20,000 nt of DNA from Ancylonema sp. (lineage: Eukaryota): positions 109,628 to 129,627 of the forward strand of contig JBFLGF010000008.1 of the NCBI GenBank assembly GCA_050230475.1. The letters are read 5' to 3'. Under the pieces are notes generated by a model, which was given only the letters and a program-made list of their open reading frames with translations, ran no database searches and was not told where the DNA came from. Below, in pieces: positions 10,653-20,000 of this stretch. Position 1 is the first letter of the stretch, and each line of letters begins with the position of its first letter. The position numbers and the translations under genes were made by a program.

Positions 10653-12621
10653 GGACCAACGTTGGTGATGACGGAGTCACAGTTTTCTCTCGGCTTTAAA
10701 ACCTGATGGCACGCGACACCTTGCCATGCTCGCAATCGGCGATTCGGTGTAACATTTTCATGGTTACTCCAACTTATTTCGACCGCTGAATCCATAAGAG
10801 CTAATAGACAGCCGAAGAATTTGGGCAAATTAAGATGGAGTGACTTGAGTGATCACAAATAAACGGGCTCGCAAATTTGAATCGCAAAACCGTTGCATAC
10901 GTTACACAATTCATCTACGCTATAAGCACAAAATGTTTATGGCCAACGCGAATTTCGAGAATCAAAGTGCGGAAGACCAGGCGAGGGTGTGGAAATTTCT
11001 GATATGGCGGTGTATGATTATTTTGGCGGCACCATTCAAACCAGCATGAAACTCTCAATTTAGCTCCCAGTTTAAGTTGACTCGTACGTTTCCACCACTG
11101 CTACTCTTGAACATTAAATATAACATGATTTCCGATTGGAGGGAATGCGATAACTAGAGGAACTATCTTTATGCGAAGTATCATGTACTTCGCGTCGCAA
11201 ATCTAAATGTCAATTGCAAAACATGATGTTTGTCAAAATATGTATCGAAACGGGCTAACTTAAGTTACGTCAATTTGAACTTGGGAGTGCGGAAATAGAA
11301 CACAAAAATCCCAATGTACGTACAGATGGTTGGACAATGATGGTCAAATCAGGAACTCCGTGGTGCAAATTCTGAAGTGAATATTTGTGAGTTTATAACT
11401 CACAAACTGGAAAAAACTACGCGAATTCGGACGTGTTAGAGAGTAGGACATAATATGGAGTGCGCAACTTAATCTTGTCTAATGACATGTCACCTCAAAC
11501 GCTAAGTTAAACTTATCTATGTTTCACTTGTCTAACCAAATAAGAGTAGTCGTCGACACCTCTATTTCTCGAAACTAAAGTTGTACGGACGTTGAATAAT
11601 GATGTAGGCACTCGAACTATTCTCTTGGCACACTTGCCGATGAGTTGGAATAATTTGAGCACATTCGGGATTTTTTAAATATAAAATGTGCACTCATAGA
11701 TGTTGCGTATTTTGTTAGGTAGTACGTCCTTGACATAAGACGATCTCAATTCAGCCTAGCACGAGTTCAAGAGACCAACCAACTCCATCTTCCCAATATG
11801 ATACTAGATTGATGCGTACTTAATGCATTTTTCATTCTTCGCCCGGGGGGAAAAAAAAACAGTATATGATGGCTGGATAAGGTTAATCACGTAGTATCCT
11901 GCCAAATTTGTATGAGTGTGGGGCCCATAAAAGCGAAATATGTGCATTTCCCCGCACAATGCGCGCATTTTAAGTTGGCCAAAGTTTCCATACGCTAAAT
12001 ACGGTGTATTGTGATCGCAATGTCACACGCGTGTCGCGTGTTGTTCAACCCTAGTACGAGTGAAACCCTAATTTTGCGATATTTGACGCCCAAATACTTG
12101 TTGTACGGTGAACCTTCATTTTCGAAACACCGATCGTCACCACTGAAGTGAGCTGTAGCATCCACATGAGGTGTGCAGAACAACACAGACACGAGGCAAC
12201 AACCCCATGGTGTTACCGTACAACAAGAGTAGGGCAACACCATACTCGTAACATGTGGCATAAAGCACTATATTATTTTATTATCTACTATTACAAACAA
12301 CCAAAAAAGTAGGTAATTCCTAACACAAAATCGACACAAACGGTCATTGCATCCAAGCGAGGTTTCCAGTCCCAACTTGCACATGTGTCAAGTTGGCTAG
12401 AGGAACTTGGGGTCGCGTTGAGTCGACCACAACAAAAGCCGGTATTACACCTACACCTCTACTTCAAATACCATACAATGAACGATCTTTGGTGTACAAT
12501 TCCGGCACACAACTAGAGATTTTTTTGGGACGCCAGTGATGCCTTGATCACATGTTTGAAACAACGAGCCTAAATGAACCAACCATCCCCGTCAAAGCGG
12601 GAGCGGAACCACGGACGGTTA

Positions 12622-15600
12622 TCATCTCCGCTTCCCTATGCTTGGAAAGGTAGAACGAATTCCGTCCTCCGCTCGTTCCATCATCTCCACAAACTTGACG
12701 ACACCTGATCCCAAGTATCCCGCAACCCCCTTCTCCTTCAATTGCACACTCAACACGGATTTGGAACTGAGGTGACACCAGGGTACCATATATGCCACGA
12801 ACGGGGCAATCGCAAAGTATGCAGTACGTACATAGGTGACGTCACTATTTATCTCCAAGTGCACAGAATGCACTAAACATTCGACCCCGTGACACAAATT
12901 ATTTGCTCCCAATCGCATGTCCCATAAATGAAGTCTCGTGATTTTCTACAATACACACTCCACAATGTAGAATCTACAGCGTGCAATCTACAGTAACAGC
13001 CTACAAACATACACTTTCCCACATTCCCCCCATCAAGTCTACAGTCTACCAACCGCAACCAGGGGCAGCTCACTCGCACTGTCGGATGGGAGAGGGGGGC
13101 GGAGGGTGGCGGAGACCGAAATGGACCCCGGAGCCTGCTGGAAAACCTGGCAAGGACCCCCGACCACACCCCACCCTTCCCTCTCATGCACCACTCAGCT
13201 GGAGGGGGTAGGGAGCAGGACTGCAGACGAAGGAACAGCAGACTGACAGGTGGCAGTGGGAGGGTGCGAGCTGTACCTGCACTCGGAAAAAGTGCGCCTT
13301 TTCCCCTGGTGCGCATTCAAAACTGCCCTATTGAACCCAAACACCCGGTATTCATCACGCCTTACCCGTAACCCGTTACTCGTCACCCGTTACCCGTACC
13401 CCGTTACCCGTTACCCGTTACCAGTCATCGGGAACCCTTGTGTGGGAAGATATTTTTTCTGGTTTGGGTGCTGGCGATCTACCTGGATGCTGACCTCAGC
13501 AGCCTCTGCCGAACACGCCACTCCTTCCCCCTCCAGCACTTCCTTCAGACTCAACAGCACCTCCCACGCTGACACCTGGCGCCCCACGCCCTGCCCCCCC
13601 CCCCCACAGCCAGCGTGTGTGACACCCGTGGTCGCCACGGCAGACAGTGATGACCAACCTGGAGGGAGAAGGAGAGTTTGGGGCGGGGCTTCCCCTGGCC
13701 TCTGACGGCGCCAGGTGGCAGCGCGCTGTAGGACCAGGCCAGACCCCAACGGGAGGTCTTCCCCTGCACGAATTCGGTGGTCTGGACGAGTGCCACGTGG
13801 CAGCGCCGCAGCCGTGCGATGAGGCCCTTGAGATGGTGCTTCTTGCCCACCAAGCTGCTGAACCAGCTGGACCCCAGCCCCCAATCCCCAGACCCCAGAC
13901 CCCAGACCCCACCCCACTTCGATCTGGGACTCCCAATCCCGCGGACGTTTGGCACACTCGATGTAAGCAACTCACTGCACGTGTTTCTTCAGCTGCGAGC
14001 TGTCGTCGATGATTCTCGTTATAAACGCCACCTCCCCGCCCGGGTACACCATCTCTGCTGTGCTGCCGCCACATGCCGTCGCGGGATTGGCCCCTGCCTC
14101 CTCCATGCTCTCAAAGAAGGGGGGGTTGCACATGCAGAAGTCAAACCGCTCCCCCTCCCCGACCACGCCCTCCAGGACGGGGTGACGTGGCGCAACCTCA
14201 TCCGTCGGATCCGACGTGGTCGCGGACGTGAAGGGCTGTGAAGGGTCTGCAGAGTCCTCCCGGCCTCCTCCCCTGTCTGTTGAATCAGAGGGGTGACAGC
14301 TGGTGGGGTTCGCTGACGAGGTGGGGTTGGGGGGAGGAGGACGGGTCGGTGATCGTGTGTCTCTGACGGAGATGAGGGGGGAGAGGTGGGGGTTCTGATG
14401 CACGTTCTGACGCGCGCCCTGGAGGCCCTCCTCGGTCACATCTGCCACGTCAGCGGAGAGACACGTCAGCGGGTAACTGCAGGGGCTGAGGTGGGGCTAC
14501 AGTGCTGCGAAACCTATTAAAAAAAAACACACACGAGTGGTGGAACATGCAAACGTAGAAAGGCATCATAGGGAGCACGTTCAAATCTGACTTCATATAA
14601 AGGGATTCTGTTCAGAGGTCTGCTATCCACTTTCTACGGGAAGTGATCCGTGAATCCTGAACCCTGAACCCTGGAACCCTCCTGTGAAATTCGTCAAAAG
14701 CTCCACCAGTTTAACCATCAAAATCTTATCCCGATTTATAGTCCTACAACCGCACACCTGTGCCAACAAAGTGCCAGCCGAGCATGGAGGCCCCCAACAG
14801 CGGATAAATACAGCTGGCGCCAGTGCCAATGTCCAGACCCCGAACAGCTGTCGTACTGTGAGCGTGCCACGTGGCGGGATGTAGGGTGAGCAGGTCTTCC
14901 AGCCAGAGGAGGTAATTGATGCGGTTGGGCAGCGGGGGGCAAAGGTGGCCGTCAGGAAGGCACCTGGCAGATAGGTAGTCCCCCCCCTATAAATGAGATG
15001 AGGTGTACCTAAAATCCTTCTGTAGAAGCCACCGGCACTTACCACTCAACCCCGAAGTCGTTTCGCAGGAGGACACGTGTCAGCTCCCTAGTGGCATTGA
15101 AGTCTCGCCAGTTGATCCACGACCGCCCGCCCTCCTTCCTCCCAGCCCGCACGTAGGGTCTCAGATCCGGGTACTTGGCCGCCAGAGCCTCGAAATCCGG
15201 GGTTTGTTCGAGGTACTTGTTTCGGGGATGCATGCCTCTACTCTGCCTACCGAATTGTGGCAAAGCTGACTCAGCCGGGTCCGCTGTTGAGTCAGATGGG
15301 CGTGGAGGTCTAGGGGTTGTCGCTTTGTTTCTTTTGGCTGGAGAGGGGTCGTGTGCATCGCTTTCTGGCTCATTCACTTTCCGTTTTGGATGAGAAGCAA
15401 TTGGGGGTGGGTTTGCACTGCCTGCTACTGCTGCAACTGAACTGGTTTTTTGAACGATTAACTCTTCATGACCTCTGGACGGCAAGCCGTCCGTGATAGG
15501 TGGAACGACATGTGTGTCTGATGGTGACACGTGTGCGATTAGGAGGTCCGTACTCAGTTGCAGCACCTCCTCAAGAGCGGTGCGCATCTGATGGGCAAAG

Positions 15601-15996
15601 GAGAGAGAAAGAAAAGTGTGAGAATCCAGTTATGCCACAGACAGGTACAGCCAGCTACTCACTGCCAGCTACTCCATCTGCATTCTCGAACACCCAGAAA
15701 CCTGTTCCGTGGGCAGCCAGGTGGTGGGGGGGATGCTTCCCAGAATCTATGTTGTACACTCTATATAGTAGGGTGTGTACGACGTAGCCGATAGCTGTAA
15801 GCTGATAGCTGATAGCTGTAGCTGTAGCTTGCGTACGCACGCCAGAAAAAGGGAGGATGCGCATTACCTCAAGAGCTTCGGCATTTAGTGGTTCCGCCTG
15901 TACGATCTGCTCAACCTCCTCCAGTTGCTGTCTGTACATTGTCACATTTGCGGACAGCTCCGCCAGGTCCGTACTATTCTGTTCATCTAAAGCCAT
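12622..15996 (-). CDS. FIO1: METTL16/FIONA1-family U6 snRNA/mRNA N6-adenosine methyltransferase with an N-terminal SPF30-like extension; 9 exons, 622 aa
   Basis: Exons (minus strand): 15996-15868, 15587-15043, 14963-14758, 14441-13976, 13866-13659, 13590-13483, 13327-13277, 13146-13074, 12704-12622. All introns are GT-AG with consistent phases; total 1869 nt. Motifs: MHPRNKY, PDFEALA, LCPPLPNRINY, GLDIGTGASCIYPLLG (SAM-binding), FDFCMCNPPFF (catalytic), GGEVAF, WFSSLVGKK, TEFVQGKTSRWGLAWSY. The C-terminus is plant FIO1-like (LSFSLQGVGRQVSA..., FRVQVFQQAPG). Confidence 0.93.
13362..13422. repeat. Degenerate (TTACCCG)n heptamer microsatellite in FIO1 intron 6
   Basis: ttacccgtaacccgttactcgtcacccgttacccgtaccccgttacccgttacccgttacc. 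Confidence 0.85.
13872..13916 (-). repeat. (TCTGGGG)n G-tract repeat at the 3' end of FIO1 intron 4; potential G-quadruplex
   Basis: The plus strand reads ccccagcccccaatccccagaccccagaccccagaccccacccc, i.e. seven runs of at least four G on the transcript strand. Confidence 0.75.
15785..15829. repeat. Degenerate (TAGCTG/TAGCTGA)n microsatellite in FIO1 intron 1
   Basis: tagccgatagctgtaagctgatagctgatagctgtagctgtagct. Confidence 0.75.
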
Positions 15997-16783
15997 ACTA
16001 GAAACACTTTGTTGACCTTAGTGTTAGAAGAACGCGAAGGAAACGATGCGGTTTCTGCACCTGTTACATTTTCAGACACTCATATCTTCACTCGTGTTTT
16101 CTTTGTGAAAGCCGGCCATTAATATTTAAGACTGTGGATACCTCCATCGTCCTTCAGAGGTCATGGCCCGTCGCGGCGTGGACATAAAAACCAGTCCGAG
16201 AATTCAGGTAGTGAGCAGCAATGTTCCCACGCCTGGAAGGCACCCCCCGTAGCGCCACACATGCCATACTCGAGAATTCCAGATGCTCGATGCCAGATGC
16301 TCGTCCCACAGGCCAAGAGAGCTTTCTGAGAGTGAGCTTCACAAGTTATGTGCGCGAGGCGCGACGTATACAACATTATATAGCGTCATATCACGCTGTA
16401 TCGAGGTCCAACTTCGTCATATGTTCTTTATAACGGATTATCATGCACGCACGTTTCATTTGGCCAAATTCAGCTGACGTCATGTCTGACTGTACCGTGA
16501 TGTACCTTTCCACGTGGCGGAGCCAGTTCCAGGATGGCAGTTTTCCGTCTCTTGTCGACTGACCTCGCTGCTTCCTCAATGTTTGTAGGGGCTGAATCAA
16601 AACTACCCTCCCCTGAGCTATGAGTTCTTTGCCGCGATGTCCTCGCTCCCACTCACAAAACTCATTTTGTCAGGCGGCACATTCTTAATGTGTGATTTCT
16701 ACCGGGGGAGGCTCAAGCCACGTAGACTTGTGTCAGCTGTTGTCATTCCTGTCCACTTGCACCGCAGGCTTAAAAAATTTGAA
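15997..16783. promoter_or_regulatory. Divergent intergenic region (probable bidirectional promoter) with C-box TGACGTCA (16475-16482) and G-box/ABRE CACGTGGC (16511-16518)
   Basis: Head-to-head start codons about 790 bp apart; motifs read directly; function is inferred. Confidence 0.45.
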
Positions 16784-19700
16784 ATGGATTGCATTAACAG
16801 ACAGTCACGTAGTAGGAAATGTGGCACAGGTGCTGTTTTTTTTTGGAGAAGTCATGCGTTACTGTCTTTTTCTCTTGCGTGCATCGCAACTGCAGCGTCT
16901 GCCGCTGATAGCCCCTTACTTGATGGAAGCGACTTCCTTATTGGAGTAGGAAGCTACGATGCGACAGGGCCTGCAGGTGTAGAAATCTCTAGAGTGTGAA
17001 TCCAAATTGCGATTGTCGGAATGGAAACGGTGCTTGGAGGTGCTGTGCATTAACTGATGCCGATAGAGCGCATCAACCTGGTGTCACGCGCGGAGGCGCT
17101 GCATTGAAAAAACTGGCATCTCGTTTATCTCTTGGACTCCGTATATCGTAGTAAAACCTCTCGGACTCGCGCACTCGCGCACTGAAAATGGTACTGTGTG
17201 TTGTTATACGCAATTCCATCCTTATAGTCCTTCGCTTATAAGTCACTGCTAGCGAGAGTAATGGAGAGCGCATGCATCGTTTCATCTCCTCTCTGCTTTT
17301 ATTGCAGCTGATGTGAATCTGATGGGGTATGCCAACCCGGGCCAAATTGCTGCTGGCCTTCACTTCCGATTGCGGGCACGCGCTTTCATTGTGGCTGACC
17401 CTGCCCCGGGTGGGGAGCGTGTTGTGTTTGTCAATTTAGACAATTGCATGGGAGAGCAGGCGGTAACGGATAAAGTGGTCAAGAAGCTGAAGCAGAGGTA
17501 CATCATGTCTGCACGTTTTTTCCACGTTTTGAGCCTTACATAAATAACAATTTCAGCCAGTCATCCGAGTGAAACGATACAGTAGCACAATAGGAAAAGA
17601 AAGTCGGTAGGGAACGAAAGTCTGCAAACCTCCTCAACTTTTAATCCGGGTATGTTTCGAGGCAGTGTCAAGAAGCTGAGTTTGTAAATAACAATTTGTG
17701 ATAAAAACAGACCAATAATGGGATGCAAGTGTCCTACAGATGTACGTCATACATGACGATAATGTTCACAAATCTCTCGGCCTTCCCTTTGGATGCAAGG
17801 ACTACCATGGTGATCCGGGGCTTGAACATGTCATTGTGGGACAGATGTTATACCACAAAACGAAACGGAACTAAGGATTAATTTCCTTTCGTTGGCGTTC
17901 TCTCCGTATCGTTCTGTTCATTCAAGAGCATGGGGTGACAGAAAGTGAGAGGCAGATTCTGCTCTCTCTTTCTCTCTCTCACCTCGCAATCCGTACTCGC
18001 TTTCAGGTATTCTGCCCCCTCCCACCCTGTTGTGTTTGCAGGTATGGTGATCTGTACACGGAGAAGAACGTCATCATCAGCGGAATCCACACACATTCGG
18101 GACCAGGTGGATTCTTACACCACGTCCTATACCTCATCACATCCTTTGGATTCGTACGCCAGTCCTTTGATGCCTTGGTGGATGGAGTGGAGAGGGCCAT
18201 CGGTATTGCCCACGAAAACATGCAACCAGGAAGCATTGACATCAATGAAGGTGGGGATTTAGAAACTCGATGATTTTGATCGGTTATATGTGGGTAGGTG
18301 TTCATGTCATGTCCCGTCTTGTCATCAAGTCATTCATGCATTCATTCATTTCATTCGTTCATTCGTATATTCATTTATAAAATGTAGTTTTTTTTTGCAT
18401 GTTTCCATGTCCCATCACGAAACAATTATGTGCGCAACGGTCTTGCCTCTAATTTTCGCACTAGGTTTGGGCAGGGTATTGAATACACGACAACATACGT
18501 GTCTTGCCGTATGAGTACCTAGCTACACTCATTACTATGTATCTTTGTTTCTCTCCCACTCGTGATCATACATCAACAAGGGTGAGACGATCTTCACTTG
18601 ACTTCTGACTCTAACGACGCCCGAACCAGAATCACCAAGACAGTACGCCACAACCATAACCACAACCATAACCTCAAACATAACCATAACCAAAACCATA
18701 ACCGTAACTATAACCAGAACCAGAACCAGAACCAGAAACTATACCCTGACCCAACCCCCCCCCCCCTCCAGGCGAGTTGCTTTCCACCAACATCAACCGC
18801 AGCCCCAGCGCGTACCTCAACAACCCCCCCGACGAGCGCGCCCAATACGCCCACGACGTGGACAAACAAATGACCCTCCTCAAGTTCTCCCCCGCCCAGG
18901 GCGCGCCCCTGGGCGTCCTCACCTGGTTCCCCGTCCACTGCGTTTCCATGAACCGAACCAACACCCTGGTCAGCGGAGATAACAAGGGGGCGGCGGCAAG
19001 GATGATGGAGGACTGGGGGGGAGGAGGGAGGAGGGACCTGGAGGAGGGGGAGGGGGAGGGGCGGAGACGGAGGGGGATTGCAAGCCCGGAACCTGGTTCT
19101 CAACCTGGATTTCAGTCTCAGTCTGAATCTGAATCTGAATCTGAATTGCGGCTGAAATCCCAATGGCGGTTTGACGGTGAGAAAGGAGCGGATGGGGGGG
19201 GGCGGGTGGGGGTTGGGCACTATTTTCTCGTTTATATACCAAGCAATCATTCCTTTCTCTTCCCCTTCCCTCTTCCCCCCCAGTGACTGAGGCCTTCACC
19301 ACATCAGCTTCCCACCCCCAGCTGCGTGGGACCCAGGTGATCCGCCTCACCTCCCGCCTCTTCCGTGTGCGCAACCGCCACCTGCTGGGGGGGGGGGTGG
19401 GGGGTCCCCCCCCCTTTGTGGCCGCCTTCGCTACCAGCAACGAGGGGGACGTGTCTCCCAACGTGGGGGGGGCGTACTGTGTGGACACGGGGGAGCGGTG
19501 TGACTTCGACCACTCCACGTGCAATGGGTTTGTGGAGAAGTGCAACGGACGAGGACCCGCGTAAGAACCTTCCTTTCCCTTTCACATTTCTCTGACGGCA
19601 ATCTGACAGATGCACCCAAACAAAAGAAAAAAAAAATGTACTCCCTCTACCTTGCCTTCGCCGTTATTAGAAGCGCTTCGAACATATTTTCGTACATTTT

Positions 19701-20000
19701 CTGTAATACAATTTCGATTTTGTTGGTTTTCTTGAAGAAAATTTGAATAATTTTTAGATTGTGCAAACCGATTTGAAACACGTTCTTGAGTTACACCTAA
19801 AGGAAATCCAAGTGGATGAATTTTCTGTCCCATTTATCATAAAATATTGTAGAATTTGAAAATGTGTATACACCTGTCTCCTCCTCCCCTTTCTCCCAGT
19901 TGGCCGCGAGACCACTTTGAGAGCACCCGCCTGATCGCCCAGCGCCAGTTCCAGCAAGCCAAGACCCTCTTCCACTCCCCCTCCCAGCCCCTGCGGGGGA
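16784..20000 (+). CDS. NCER: Neutral/alkaline non-lysosomal ceramidase (plant NCER type), 5' part; continues beyond the window
   Basis: Exons 16784-16976, 17308-17497, 18042-18250, 18772-19176, 19284-19560 and 19900->20000, all GT-AG with consistent phases. Motifs: FLIGVGSYDATGPAADVNLMGYAN, GLHFRLRARAFIVA, GIHTHSGPGG (metal-binding), INRSPSAYLNNP, WFPVHCVSM, SGDNKG, GDVSPN, FESTRLI. The start codon is a best guess (hydrophobic N-terminus follows). Confidence 0.93.
18652..18737. repeat. (AACCAT/AACCAG)n hexamer microsatellite in ceramidase intron 3
   Basis: aaccataaccacaaccataacc...aaccagaaccagaaccagaaccagaa; it explains the spurious NHNHN/NQNQN and GSGSG/YGYG ORFs here. Confidence 0.9.
19640..19860 (-). 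pseudogene. rps3: Nuclear plastid DNA insertion (NUPT): 5' fragment of chloroplast rps3 in ceramidase intron 5
   Basis: MGQKIHPLGFPLGVTQERVSNRFAQSKNYSNFLQENQQNRNCI from the ATG at 19833 matches the plastid S3 N-terminus (MGQKI-x-PLGFRLG...W-FAQ-x-KNYS). Conserved residues are substituted (R->P, W->R). It is an AT-rich island between GC-rich exons and is truncated after about 60 codons; the ends are approximate. Confidence 0.85.

Noticed and set aside
10653..12300. Intergenic stretch scanned for RNA genes or transposon remnants
   Set aside because: No tRNA, snRNA (e.g. U6 ACAGAGAAGATTAGC), rRNA or recognisable protein motif found by eye.
12372..12396. Near-perfect palindrome ccaacttg-cacatgtg-t-caagttgg downstream of the FIO1 stop
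   Set aside because: It is short, has no METTL16 target motif, and could arise by chance in 20 kb.
12548..12778. Alternative last FIO1 exon FQIRVECAIEG...
   Set aside because: It needs phase 0, but exon 8 ends in phase 1. The acceptor at 12705 gives SVVKFVEMMERAEDGIRSTF, which fits the helical FIO1 C-terminus.
15925..15940. UACAGAC in FIO1 exon 1 as a METTL16 autoregulatory site
   Set aside because: It does not match the UACAGAGAA/UACAGAAAC consensus, and no enclosing hairpin is evident.
13186..19615. Many overlapping GC-rich ORFs antisense to, or out of frame with, FIO1 and ceramidase exons
   Set aside because: They are shadows of GC-rich coding sequence and microsatellites, with no independent motifs.

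Overview
Eukaryotic nuclear DNA with GT-AG introns. The plant-type FIONA1 C-terminus, plant-type neutral ceramidase and a plastid rps3 fragment suggest a green-lineage (probably streptophyte) host; this is an inference. From left to right: (1) the last exon and 3' flank of a gene (1-1850) that is duplicated about 8.8 kb downstream; (2) a decayed Ty3/Gypsy-like relic with a frameshifted PHD finger between two identical 242-bp direct repeats (1871-2957); (3) a six-exon gene I do not recognise (6766-9162, +), encoding a signal peptide, four exon-sized acidic modules (three with a His/Trp/Tyr core) and a YGYG tail; (4) a complete nine-exon METTL16/FIONA1 RNA m6A methyltransferase (15996->12622, -, 622 aa by hand assembly) whose N-terminus carries an SPF30/SMNDC1-like helical hairpin; (5) a divergent neutral ceramidase (16784->beyond 20000, +) with a plastid rps3 insertion in intron 5. 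The best candidates for novelty are the SPF30-N/METTL16 fusion and the tandemly duplicated secreted His-repeat protein. All gene models were built by eye from splice sites, frame continuity and remembered family motifs; no searches were run.
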